Counted from the first letter of the stretch, positions 1 through 51,302 are shown. The stretch: 64,000 bases of DNA from Octopus vulgaris (GCA_951406725.2 OX597832.1:26784001-26848000); one strand, 5' to 3'. The notes: generated by a model from the letters alone, not told the origin. Numbers and translations are program-made.

Positions 1-334
1 TTGAAGTAATGAGAGCGAAAGAGACTAAGAGAAAGCGATTGTATGACGAGGGAAGTTCTTTTGAAGTTACCGTGCATGGGAGCATTGATGTATATGTGTG
101 TGTGTGTGCGTGTGTGTGTGTTTGATGGGGTGTGGGAGACAGACAGTATGTTGTGTAAGTGAAGTGCTTCTGTTAGTGTGTGTGAAGAGACAGAGTGATG
201 TGTGAAAGAAAGAGATAACTGAAATTTTTTACTCGGTGTATGTGTATATGTATGTATATTACTTCAAAAGTTCCCGCAAAAATTTTTTTACGGAAATCGA
301 CGGAAAGGTCTACTAGAGACGAAAGATCGCCATA

Positions 335-740
335 TACTCTTTTACTTGTTTCAGTCATTTGACTGCGGCCATGCTGGAGCACTGCCTTTAGTCGAGCAAA
401 TCGACCCCAGGACTTATTCTTTGTAAGCCTAGTACTTAGACTATCGGTCTCTTTTGCCGAACCGCTAAGTTACGGGGACTTAAACACACCAGCATCGGTT
501 CTCAAGCGATGTTGGGGGGGAGGGACAAACACAGACATACAAACATATACACATGCATACACACATACACACACATACACACATATATATATATATATAT
601 ATACGACAGGCTTCTTTCAGTTTCCGTCTACCAAATAGCCCAAGGCTATAGAAGAAGACACTTGCCCAAGGTGCCACGCAGTGGGGCTGAACCCGGAACC
701 ATGTGGTTCGTTAGCAAGCTACTTACCACACAGCCACTCC
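335..740 (-). mobile_element. SINE family A
   Basis: Reverse complement of 50781-51190. Confidence 0.85.
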
Positions 741-1852
741 GACATACGTATGTATATGTATGTAAATATATTATGTGCATATATAAATTGTATACATTAT
801 GCGTACGTGTGTGTGTGACTCCTCTAGAGAGTCTGATCAACTCCGGGTGGAGTGGGGTTGTGAGGGTGAGGATGTCTGATGCTGAAAGACCCAAAACACC
901 TGATAACCTCAGTTCACAACACCCATGATACACCCCAGGTCAACCAGATAGATCTGTGTCATACGTACACACATATCTATATATACATGTGTGTGTATGT
1001 GTGTGTATAAACGTATATAAACAGGGGCACGCGTACATTTCTGAATGAGAGACAGACAAACAGACAGGTGTAGAAGATAAATCATGGCAATTCTCTCACA
1101 GACACTTAACTTAGAATATCTACGTGCTTCTGTGAGTGTGTATACATACATATATACACGCACGCATGCACCTACGCCTACCGTTTATCCTATTTTCATC
1201 ACATCAGCCAAGTCTGACTGAAAGACACACACCACACAAATTTTGTTTCTTTTTCCGCTTACACTTGCACTTTTTCAAAGAAAGATTAAGAACTATGTTC
1301 TATTTTATGGGGATGGGTTTGGTTTCTTTGTATATTTTTGGTTAACGGGGAATTAAAACGTCTAATAGAGAGATTTACATATTAAGATTGCAAAAAACGT
1401 GCAAATATAACGATATCACATGTGAGGGATGAGGAATAAAACCATATTTGGTAGGACAGGAAATGTTTCTGAAGATTTGATATTGTTCGTTAGAAAGTCG
1501 TGACTATTTTCTGAGAATTAGAGGCCAGCATTAATTCAGAAAACATTATACTCCTGCAAAAATGTTCAATTGTTTATAAGTAAAAATACTCCTAAGATGG
1601 CGTCCTGTTTATTGAAGAGGAGGGTGAAAAATGCTGAGGTTTCGTATATATAAATATAGTTTCAAATTTAGGTGTAAGGTTATCAATTTTAAGAGAGGTT
1701 TAGTCGATTACATTGGTCTCAGTACATGACTGGTACTTATTTTATCGACCTCGTAAGAATGAAAGGCAAAGTTGACCTCGGCGAGATTGGAACACGTGCT
1801 AAAGAGCCAGAAGAAATGTTGCGAAGCATTTTGTCTGATGCGTTTACGGTTC

Positions 1853-2085
1853 TTATTTCTTTATTGCCCACAAAGGGCTAAACATAGAGGGAACAAACGA
1901 GGACAGACAAAGGGATTAAGTCGATTACATCGACCCTAGTGCGTAACTGGTACTTAATTTATCGACTCCAAAAGGATAAAAGGCAAAGTCGATCTCGGCG
2001 GAATTTGAACTCACAACGTAACGACAAATGAAATACTGCTAAGCATTTCGCCCGGCGTGCTAACGTTTCTGCCAGCTCACCTCCT
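1853..2085 (-). mobile_element. SINE family B
   Basis: Reverse complement of 7100-7328. Confidence 0.8.
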
Positions 2086-2743
2086 TATTTCATGTATATC
2101 ATGTAGCGAGCTGGTAGATTTCTGTCAACGTAGAGGCCTTAGCCAAGTATTAGAACACAAAATCTCCGTCTTTAAGAGGGTGTAAAATTTAAAGGGAAAT
2201 AACTTCAATAAGGTCAGTTGAATGAAATTTTTAGACAATGCAATTTTAATCCGATAATTTCGATCAACTGACTTAACCCATAAAGCGCAGGGGTTTGCAC
2301 TTTACATAGCATGGGGTGCTGAGCGCATTTTATGAAAATGAGACTAACATACACACATAAAAAACAAAAAAAATAGTTAAAATATCTTCTTAGTATATAA
2401 TGGTGACAAGTTTTACATCATCTGAAAAGTCATTAGTTGAACTATTAGTCCTCTTGCATTCTGGTGGGGTATCAGAGCATCTGAGTGATATTAGACCCCA
2501 ACAAACGCCCATAAATTAAATGCATCTATCTGGGCCACGATCTTGGCCTATCGACCTGTGCCTGGCAGCCACGATCGTGGCCTGTTGCACTTTGTGTTAA
2601 TTGGAATTATCTCCCTTCATATTGTTTTTTTAAAATTTACTAGTGTTACCCATCATGTGATGGATAAACTTGGAAGTATACTTTACCCACCATGGGTAAT
2701 ATCAAGAAATATGGCGGACATACAATTGTTATGGTTTAACTTA

Positions 2744-3350
2744 AGATCTTTACCTTTTGACTGTCAGATTTAAAAAGTAATTTATTGTACCTAAATACTT
2801 TCAAACTTCGGACACTGGTAGAATGTGTCATATAAAACATCTTTTACTCTTAGCATTTTTGAGAAAAACTTATATTTACAAAGTTATTTCACGTTAAAGT
2901 TGTAGTATTTCGGCAATTTCAACCAATCAATGACGTGTATTCAGCTGAATAAAATTACAAGAACTTCCGTCGGTGTATATTTCGTTTGTCACTGTTATTT
3001 ATGACAATCCTAACTCTAAAACCCTAACCCTAACCCTAAAACCTTAAAACCATTGCAAATGCACAAACGATGTCATAATTAAGAGTGACAAACGGAAAAT
3101 ACACTGCCGATAGTTGTTGTTGACAAACAACGACAGTAATTTTATTCAGCTGAATACACATCATTGATTGGTTGAAATTTCTGAAATACGAGAACTTTAA
3201 TATGAAATAACTTCGTAAATATAAGTTTTTCTCAAAAACGCTAAGAGTAAAAGATGTTTTATATGACACATTCTACCAGTGTCCGAAGTTTGAAAGTGTT
3301 TAGTTACAAAAAATTATTTCTTAAATCTGTCGGTCAAAAGGTAAAGATCC
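2744..3350. mobile_element. Foldback MITE, Mutator-like
   Basis: TIRs of about 215 bp plus an inner IR. Exact 9-bp flanking repeat TTTAACTTA (2735-2743 / 3351-3359). (CCCTAA)n core. Confidence 0.8.
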
Positions 3351-3867
3351 TTTAACTTATACACAAGGAGGGAATGCTGCCGTAACTATTGTCATTTGCT
3401 CCCTTTTTTCTTTGTAATCTTCTCTCTCTATAATTCTTTCTGTGTGTGTTTGTGTGTGTATGCTGTTCCTTTACTCATTGCCTGGCACCAAGTCTAGTAT
3501 GTGCACTCATCTTGTACCTCTTATATTAATTTTCCCCTGCCCCCTCTCTCTGTTGCTCCTCTCGCTATACGATGTAAAGCGTGACCGGGGGGAAACCAAC
3601 TTATCAGCTAACATTTACATCAGCTGTTATTAAATAGAGAAAGTCTGGATGTAAGTCTGGACCAATACTGCCCCTGTAAGGGATATTTCTTCTGTAGATG
3701 TGGTGGTTGTTTGAAGTCATGCTTTGACTTGTGCACCGACTCCCTAAAAGATTAGTGAAGGTAGAGTCACACATCAGACATAATCTTTCATGTTGGGAAA
3801 GCAACAGATTTCAGGATTCCGGGTTACATGTGTAGTAGTTAAGTGTTTAGTAGTGATGATGGTGACA

Positions 3868-4350
3868 TGCATAAGATCTGGTCATCAAATCTAAGTAGAG
3901 ACTTCAAACTTGAAATCTTCAAAGCCACAGTCGAACCAATTCTACTATATGGCTCAGAAACCTGGACATTATCAAAGAAGCTTGAGAGGCGGTTGGATGG
4001 AACCTACACTTGCCTCCTTATGAGTGCTCAAAATCTCTCGTGGAAGCGCCATCCAACCAAAATGCAAATATATGGGAAACTACCACCTGTGTCATCTCTT
4101 GTGAAAGGTAGGAGAGTCCAGTTTGCTGGACATTGTTGTAGAGTTGGAAACGAGGTAATTTCTACTCTTCTCCTCTGGAAGCCATCTACTTGCAATACCA
4201 GAGGGCACACACTCTCCTACCCTGATGTAATCTCCAGGGATACAGGCATCCAGCAACAGGACCTCCGTAATGCCATGATGGACCGTGAAGTCTGGCGTAG
4301 CATGGTAAATTCCATTGTCTCTACCACGGTCGAACAATGATGATGATGAT
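3868..4350 (+). mobile_element. 5'-truncated RTE-clade LINE (post-RT C-terminal region)
   Basis: ORF IWSSNLSRDFKLEIFKATVEPILLYGSETWTL...RRVQFAGHC...AMMDREVWR followed by a (TGA)n tail. Confidence 0.88.
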
Positions 4351-4639
4351 GGTGATGTTGTAAGACATGTGGTTTGGCATTGGCTGGTATTGCTTGTACG
4401 AACTGTGCATCTTGTCCTTGGAAAATGGGTGAAGATACAGTCACTGCATATGCATAGTTACTCGCATTAAGAATAGTGGCATATTTTGGGGTTCCATGTG
4501 TTCATGATTTTACTGTATTTACAGTTGGCAAATTTATAATGGTGCTGTCAGGTAGACATCCAGATTGGAGTAGATATTTGAGGGGAGGGACGAAGAAAGG
4601 AGTGGTTCTTGACTAATTGGAGTAGTAGTAGCAGTGGTA

Positions 4640-5290
4640 ATGGCAGTAGCAGTAGAATAGGATGACAATGATGATGATGGATCTCTTGTGTTATTCTGAG
4701 AAGAATTCGAGAGACTCAAATTCTGTGGAGAAGAGCTAGAGCTTAATAGGTCATCAAGTGTTGATGACGATGATGATCAAATTTGTGGAGGAGGGTCATC
4801 GAAGAAAGGAAATTTATAAGTTGAGGTTCTTCAAGTGTTGACTAATTGGACTGGAGAAGAGCTAGAGGTGTGTAATGGTCATCAAGTGATGACGATGAGA
4901 TGAGGATGGGCAGTTCTGAGAAAATTCGAAACTCAAAGTAGCTAATAGGTCATCATGTGATGACGTGATGTAATGGATTCAGTAGCAAAGTGGAGAATAG
5001 AGGCTGTGGATGACATGTTGATGACGATGATGATGATGGATCTCTTGTGTTATTCTGAGAAGAATTCGAGAGACTCAAATTCTGTGGAGAAGAGCTAGAG
5101 GCTGTGTCGCTTAATAGGTCATCAAGTGTTGATGACGATGATGATGAGGATGGGTCACTTGTGGTATTCTGAGAAGAATTCGAGTGACTCAAATTCTGTG
5201 GAGAAGAGCTAGAGGCTGTGTTGCTTAATAGGTTATCAAGTGTTAATGACAGTGATGATGAGGATGGGTCACTTGTGGTATTTTGAGAAA
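4640..5290. repeat. Degenerate tandem repeat, best units 114 bp
   Basis: AGAGCTAGAGGCTGTG at 5091 and 5205, with further decayed units upstream. Confidence 0.75.
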
Positions 5291-5920
5291 ATGAGAAAGT
5301 GGATAGCTCTACAGAGAAGGGCTTTCGATTGTGGAGTTTAATATTTCACCAGTTGTGCTAATACCAAGGAGTGCCTGTGGGTTTTGTTGTTTTGCTGTTC
5401 TTAAATTGTTGTTATATATATATATAAATATAAATATAAATATATAAACACACACACATACATACACAGTGAAGGCACATGGCTTAATGTTTTGGGCATT
5501 TGGCTCATGATCGTAAGGTTTTGAGTTCAATTCCCTGTGACGTGTTGTGTCCTTGAGCAAGACACTTCATTTCACATTGCTCCAGTCCACTCGCCTGGCA
5601 AAAATGAGTAGTACCAGTATTTCAAAGGGCCATCCTTGTCACACTCTGTATCATGTTGAATCTCCCTGAGAACTACATTAAGGGTACACATGTCTACGTG
5701 TCTGTGGAGTGCTCAGCCACTTGCATGTTGATTTTACGAGCAAGCTGTTCCATTGATCATATCAGCTGGGACCCTTGTCATCATAATATCACAAATATCT
5801 CCTTCAAGTAAAACCACCAATAGAAGAGAATATGACCAAAGACTGCGTGTGCTCCATCCCATTTGAACTATGGTTCGAATCTCAACCTCCCACCCCTTTT
5901 CTCTCTGGTGTTCTCCATAT

Positions 5921-6325
5921 ACTCTTTATTCTTTTACTTGTTTCAGTCATTTGACTGCAGCCATGCTGGAGCACCGCCTTTAGTCGAGAAAATCCACCCC
6001 GGGACTTATTCTTTGTAAGCCCAGTACTTATTCTATCGGTCTCTTTTGCCGAACCGCTGATGGGGACGTAAACACACCAGCATCTGTTGCCAAGCAATGC
6101 TAGGGGGACAAACACAGACACACAAACACACACACACATACATACATACATATATATATATATACGACAGGCTTCTTTCAGTTTCCATCTACCAAATCCA
6201 CTCACAAGGCATTGGTCGGCCCGGGGCTATAGCAGAAGACACTTGCCCAAGATGCCACGCAGTGGGACTGAACCCGGAACCATGTGGTTGGTAAGCAAGC
6301 TACTTACCACACAGCCACTCCTGCC
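5921..6325 (-). mobile_element. SINE family A
   Basis: Reverse complement of 50781-51190. Confidence 0.85.
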
Positions 6326-7073
6326 CCTATGTTTCATCTATGTTTGAAATAAAAACTTTCTCACGTTTCATCACTTAACATCTGTATTTCATAACGTTAA
6401 TACTTTATTTATATAATTTAAGTGTATATTTTCGACATGTTTCTAAATTTAATCCGTTGGATATAAATTTGATTCCTTATCACAAAATGAAATTAAATAT
6501 ATTAACAATTATTCGCCAGTGTCCTGACAGATGTGTCCAATAACAGGTTTGTCATACACTTGTTTTTTTGTCTAAAATTTCTTTGGATTCCTATTTTTCC
6601 GACAACAGAATTTATGATTGTGACCAAAAAAAAAAAAAAATTAATAAAAGCTTTCTCAATTTTTTAAAATCATCCCACCAAAATTTCTTATTTTTAACTT
6701 CTTTTTGCATCTGGCAGAATCATTAGCATGCTTAACAAAATGCTTTTGTCCATCTTTTTGTTCTGAGTTCAAATTCCACTGAGGTCAGCTTTGTCTTTCA
6801 TTCTTTCGGGGTGAGTGAAATAAGAACCAGTTGAGTACTGGGGTAGATGTAATCAACTAACCCGAAAGGAATATTATTAATCAGACAGCAAGCTAACAGA
6901 ATTATCAGTGGGTCGGACAAAATGCTTATTGCTATTTCTTCTGGGTCTTAACGTTCTGAGTTCAAATCCTGTCGAGGTCAACTTTATCTTTCACCTTTTC
7001 AGGGTTGATAAACTCCCTCCATTTTCGTCAAAGTGCTGGCCTGGTGTCAAAATTTGAAGTAATTATTATTAAT

Positions 7074-7675
7074 ACCAGCAGTATTGCCTGGCGTTGCTTG
7101 GCGAGCTGGCAGAACCGTTAGCACGCCAGGCGAAATGCCTAGCGGTATTTCGTCTGCCGCTACGTTCTGAGTTCAAATTCCGCCGAGGTCGACTTTGCCT
7201 TTCATCCTTTTGGGGTCGATTAAATAAGTACCAGTTGCGCACTGGAGTTAATATAATCAACTTAATCCGTTTGTTTGTCCTTGTTTCTCCCCTCTGTGTG
7301 TAGCCCCTTGTGGGTAGTAAAGAAATAGGTTTGTTTTGACCCTTTAGAATTAGAATTTTGAAAAGTAAAAATTATGTAGCTTTAAGTGAACATTTTTCTG
7401 GTTGAAATACACCGAAAAATGGTGACAGCAATCAAAAAATCGTAAAAAATAGGGATTTTCATAGAAAAAAAGCTCCTTTTTGATGTAAATAATTTTTGGT
7501 GTTAAAATGGTCCGATTTGAATTTTTTTTTCTTCTACGGAATGAAGAGCGAGCTTTCTTCTATCATACTCTCAATTTTGGTCAACTTGCGCCGCAGGGTC
7601 TCGGAGGAGATAGTGTTAGTTGAAGGCTACCAAACCTGCCACACACAGACAACTTCAGCTTTATATATATAGATT
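7074..7675 (+). mobile_element. Lep1-like/Helitron-type non-autonomous element interrupted by a SINE
   Basis: 5' ACCAGCAGTATTGCCTGGCGTTGC and 3' ...CACACAGAC..TTTATATATATAGAT termini. SINE inserted at 7100-7328. Confidence 0.55.
7100..7328 (+). mobile_element. tRNA-derived SINE family B (Nin/Deu-domain-like GCCTTTCATCCTTTCGGGGTCGATAAA..GTACCAG)
   Basis: A-box AGCTGGCAGAA and B-box GAGTTCAAATTCC. Other copies at about 13040-13256, 17305-17530, 18490-18662, 26575-26790, 31118-31330, 31640-31855, 51730-51890, 54150-54277 and 61968-62140. Confidence 0.8.
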
Positions 7676-9419
7676 TGAATTCTATGTTCAAGAATACAGA
7701 AATTACAATTCTCTAAAATTCCTGTCTTTTAATGCCAATTGCTTGTGATCCTAAATTGAAAGATTGTCTCAAATTTTAATATTTCTGCACCACACCTAGC
7801 TACATCCCTGGCCATGCAACTGTGTTAACACACCATGTGTGTCAACCATTGCTCCTTTGTGCCCCAAAACTCCAATCAAAGGATATTATCAGTGTCACTT
7901 CCTTTGGTTATTGGTTTCAAATTTTGAACACTCCAAGAAGCCTTTGGTTACTAATTGCTTGGATAACTTCAGCTGACGATGGTTTTTCTTTTCAACTTGC
8001 TGTAATAGATATATATGTGTAAAGGCACATGGCCTAGTGGTTAGAGCAGCGGACTTCTGTCAACACATAATGCATGTCGCTTTCATTCATTCAAATAAAA
8101 TTAATTTGTAAAGCAGTAATTTTTCTCTTAAAGGTGACTTGTCCTGTTACAGACTTCACAAAAATGGAAACTGACCGTTACAAACAAAAAATGGATTAAA
8201 ACTACAACAAAGGCATCTTGCCCCTTGGACAAAAATGTCACATAAATGCAAACTGGCTATTAGAAACCAAAGACGAATTGAAGCGTTTCCGTACCATGTA
8301 CTACTTACACCACCATCACTACCACCATCTCACCACTATTCTGGATAAGCTAACACAAGGACTTCTAGGCATTCATTTCAGCCTGATTGAAATAGCAGCC
8401 AAATCTCCCTCAGTTCACGTCCAACTGAATTAATTATGAAAAGGACACTTTGACCTGTGGGTTTTCCAGATATGCTGTACATGGGGGGAGGGGAACAGAT
8501 GAGATGGTTATGGCTAGAAAGTGTTTGATCAGTTGTCTGCTACTTAAAGCTGACCTGGGGCTGAACACCACAACCACCACGACCACTACCACCACCAATA
8601 CCATAACTCTGGAGTGATGAAATATGTAAGTAGAGGAAAAACTGTGAAGGATGGAACTAAATCCGATAATGCATTTAGTCCCGACACTGGTGGTGGTGGT
8701 GGTGGTGGTGGTGGTGGTGGTGGTAGTGGTTGTGGTGGTTGTGATGGTAATGGAGGAGACCACTACCACCCAGCCTAACCCAGCTGTGTGCCTCACCTCA
8801 CCCCCCCACCACACTGCCCAACCATATGTTGCACCCCCCCACACCACCCCAACCATCCCAGTCTGTCTGTGCAATATCAAGCAAGGGGGGGGGGGGAATT
8901 AAGCATTAAGCGTAATTGCTGACTGATGATAACATGTCGCTAGGTAACAAGTGTAAAGTGATGAGGATGATGATGAAGATGATGAGGAGGAGGAAGATGG
9001 GGATAGTGGTTGTGGTGGTGGTGGAGGAGAAGCGGAGAGGAGGGTGATGGTGTTGGTGGTGGTGGTAGTGGTGGCGCAGTATAAGATGGAGTCAAAGGCA
9101 AGGGTGGAGGGCTGGTACTTTATTTTATCGGCCCTTCCCTCATACATTAACCCCCGGCTAACATGGATGCAACAGCAGCTCCCCGCGCCTCATCCATTGC
9201 TGGGTTTGCTGACTGGTGAACCTCGAGGTAACCCCAACGGTGTTGGTGCCCCCAAAAGAAGCACCCAGTACAAGCTATAAAGGTGGTTGGTGGTGGAAAG
9301 GGTATTTCAGTTGCAGAAAAAACCATGCCGGAGCAGGGGCTGGGGTACAATGCGGTCCTTTGATTCAATGGATCCTTGTCAAGCCGTCCAACCCATGACA
9401 GCATGGAACATGGATGTTC

Positions 9420-9598
9420 AATGATGATGATGGTAGTGGTGGTGGTGGTGGTGATAATGGTGACAATGATGATGATGATGATGATGGTGATGATGATGGT
9501 GGTGATGATGATTGTGGTGATGATGGTGATGATGATGATGATGGTGATGATGGTGGTGGTGGTGGTGGTGGTGGTGATCATGGTGACAATGATGATGG

Positions 9599-9659
<61 letters not shown>

Positions 9660-9760
9660 GATGGTGGTGATGATGATTGTGGTGATGATGGTGATGATGA
9701 TGATGATGGTGATGATGGTGGTGGTGGTGGTGGTGGTGATCATGGTGACAATGATGATGG

Positions 9761-9792
<32 letters not shown>

Positions 9793-9806
9793 ATGATGAT
9801 GATGGT
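9420..9806. repeat. Compound (GAT/GGT)n microsatellite with higher-order duplication
   Basis: The marker GGTGACAATGAT recurs three times. Confidence 0.85.
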
Positions 9807-10113
9807 TAATTCCATATTTAAACACAAAAGACAAACTTTTCATTCGGAGTGAAAAAAGGAAGTTTGAAGGCAAAATGTTTTGTTTTGTCTTTTGTTTATT
9901 TTGCTTTATTCTTTCATTTGTATTTACATGGCTCACCCTTCACCATTGCAGCAGCAGCAGCAGCAGCAGTATAAACTCTTCTACATTTTATCTTGCCTTC
10001 AATTATACATGTCTTCCTTTATTCAATCCATTGCTGCTTTCTGTCCTGCTTTTCATCCTTATCTCACAAGTTGTTGTGCACCTGAGCACCATATGCAATA
10101 AGCTCATTATTAT

Positions 10114-10670
10114 TGAGTGAGAGAGCAGTGCATGCCATCAAAGTGACACTGGGGTACAAATATATGAAGCCCAGTATACCCACTATGACTACCCGTCTGA
10201 TAAGGGTACACCAGGTACATGCATCACAACCATATGTGCGCGACATGGTGATCTCATATCAAGATAAACAGCGCATGAACTTGCAGGTGGGGCCCAGTTA
10301 GAATTTTCTTCTGGCCGAGCAACCCATCTCACTCAAAAGGTCCCTGAATAAGGCTGGTTTAAGGATGTTGAACGAACCACCCATGTTTCCAGAGTTGAAT
10401 TATTCAAACCCCAAAGAATCCCTCTCAACACATGGCTATGATGCTCCCCCACTACTTCTGCTCGTGATCAGAGATGCACATATCGTCAGCCACTAAGGGA
10501 CATGCTCAACTGGTTAAGGTCAAACAACTGACATGCAAATCTGTGGTATTGAGCAGAATATTTGCTGTAGCCCATCTTTTATACCAAGACAAAACAATGT
10601 ACATGATAACACTTCCAATCAGTTAAGATCAGAAGCCACGAGAGACCACTGTCTGGTACTGCATCAGGGC

Positions 10671-10671
<1 letters not shown>
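10114..10671 (-). mobile_element. ~560-bp unclassified interspersed repeat family E embedded in (AAT)n
   Basis: Near-identical full copy at 60452-61008 and a partial copy at 13257-13673. Confidence 0.8.
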
Positions 10672-10718
<47 letters not shown>

Positions 10719-10752
10719 TATTATTATTATCATTATTATTATCATCATCATC

Positions 10753-10784
<32 letters not shown>

Positions 10785-10853
10785 TATTATTATCATTATT
10801 ATTATCATCATCATCATTATCATTATCATTATTATTATTAGTATTATTATTAC

Positions 10854-10906
<53 letters not shown>

Positions 10907-10914
10907 CGCTGGTG

Positions 10915-11115
10915 CATGCTCATTTGATAAACTGGAATTTTATCACAAGTTTTTGCTGACAACGAATCTCCTCAAAGCCCAGGAATCTGTTTTTAAGATT
11001 CTTGCAGAATAAAGGATGGTACTTTTCTGCAGGTCTGTGAGTCTCAATTCCAATATCTTTCAGTCTTTTAGGCAGCATTCTGGGTGTTTTGCCAAGTGCA
11101 CCAATTACCACAGAA
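10915..11115 (-). mobile_element. 3' fragment of R4/Dong-like (RLE) non-LTR retrotransposon
   Basis: VVIGALGKTPRMLPKRLKDIGI [frameshift] DLQKSTILYSARIL, ending in (TAC)n/(TAA)n repeats. Confidence 0.75.
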
Positions 11116-12010
11116 ACGTTATTGTTGTTGTTGTTGTCTTTGTTGTTAATGTTGTGTGCCGAGTAAATTACTAAACAGCATTTTGTCTGTCTTTACATTC
11201 TGAGTTCAAATTCCACCAAGAACAGCTTTGCCTTTCATCCCTTTCGGGGTACCAGTCGAGCACTGAGGTTGATGTAATCGACTCACCCACTCCCCCAAGG
11301 TTGCTGGCCTTGTGCCAAAATTTGAAATCAATATTGTTGTTGTTGTTGTTGTTGCTGCTATATATTTGGCTTTAGGTTTTATAGAAAACTGCAATGACAT
11401 CCATGCCCCTTACATCAAGGATCAAATGTCCTTTAATCACATTAATCACCATATATTCACCTCTTCAACAAGACACCTGCTCTTGTCCCTTTATCTTGCT
11501 TTCTTATCCCTCAATGCTGTACCCCACTCCGATAAAGGGGTCCTGTCTTATGGGTATTTGGTGACCTCACTAGTGCTGCTGCCACAAGATAAGCCCTCAG
11601 TGTACTCCAGAGAGTGGTTGGCATCAGGAAAGGCATCCAGCTGTAGAAACTATGCCAAAGTAGGTCTTTGACTCGTCTGTTCATGTCAAACCATCCAGTC
11701 TGGGCCAGCATAGAAAAAGGGATGCTAAATGATGATGATGATGATGATGATATACATATATATATGTGTGTGTGTGTGTGTGTATGTATGTAAGTATACA
11801 AGTACATAAATCTACACACACACAAACCTGTGTGCACATGTGTACATCATTGTCACCACGATTCAGTGTCTGCTTTCCATGCTGGCATGGAATGGGATGG
11901 TTCGACAAGATTCAACAAGTCAGAGAGGATGAAGTCACATCCCAGCATCTGTTTTGGCATGGTTTCTACACTCTGATACCCTCGCTTAAACCAACCACTT
12001 TGCTAAACAT

Positions 12011-12057
<47 letters not shown>

Positions 12058-12119
12058 AACAAATATAAATATGTACATATTTTATTTTCTATTTTGTCTC
12101 CCTGTTTATTTTTGTGTTC

Positions 12120-12155
12120 CTTTCTGCTGAAGAGCATAGGCTCGAAACATAAAAG
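12120..12155 (+). ncRNA. Minimal hammerhead-like motif (core CUGCUGA)
   Basis: CTTT-CTGCTGA-A-GAGC(atag)GCTC-GAAA-CA-TA-AAAG. Confidence 0.55.
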
Positions 12156-12249
12156 ACTTTCTCACATTCCCAAGCATTAAACTAATACGCCTGTTTGTTG
12201 TTTATACACCGGTCTTCGTCTTGTTGTTTTTCTGTAAATTTCAACTACA

Positions 12250-12284
<35 letters not shown>

Positions 12285-12350
12285 TTCGCCATGATAGATC
12301 GCTAGCCACTACACATTCTTTATTTTCTCTCCTTGTTTCTTTCTGTGTTC

Positions 12351-12386
12351 CTTTCTGTAGAAGAGCATAGGCTCGAAACGTAAAAG
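12351..12386 (+). ncRNA. Minimal hammerhead-like motif (core CUGUAGA)
   Basis: CTTT-CTGTAGA-A-GAGC(atag)GCTC-GAAA-CG-TA-AAAG. Confidence 0.6.
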
Positions 12387-12697
12387 ACTTTCTCACTTCC
12401 CAAGCATTAAACTAACACACCTGTTTGTTGTTTACACACCCATCTTCGTCTTTTGTTTTTTTTTTGTAAATTCTCACTACATATACATATACATACACTC
12501 TACCACATTCACTCATGCTATATACACTCAAACACACTTACTATCACTTGGTCTTTCTCCATCTGATAAACGTAATAACTATAACAACAGTACAGAAATA
12601 GTTCCTTCGCTCCCACCACCAGGCAGTTTTCAGCCTCCTCCAGGGTCTCAGTCTGTATGGAGCCATGATGATTGTTAGGAAAGCTATGGAGACTGGT

Positions 12698-51302
<38,605 letters not shown>

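Larger units (their letters stand above)
12082..12480 (+). mobile_element. Tandem pair of ~200-bp hammerhead-bearing elements separated by (TACA)n
   Basis: Two similar units, HHRs 231 nt apart. Same family at about 24735-24920 (+) and 59372-59532 (-), each next to (TA)n. Confidence 0.65.

Noticed and set aside
1340-1620. Possible decayed Penelope ORF end on minus strand (NLSIRRFNSPL)
   Set aside because: Similarity is too short and interrupted to support by eye
6428-6490. Minus-strand hairpin followed by GAAACATGTC, hammerhead-like
   Set aside because: Core is too degenerate (GTGATAA plus extra bases) to call
9147-9936. Long poly-His/Met/Asp/Ile ORFs here, and similar CV/HT/YI ORFs throughout (e.g. 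19288-20568, 23230-24333, 46879-47928)
   Set aside because: Translations of di- and trinucleotide microsatellites that are open in several frames on both strands, with no coding signature
10560-10671. Possible HDV-like ribozyme at the 5' end of family E
   Set aside because: Could not build the nested double pseudoknot or find the L3/J4-2 consensus
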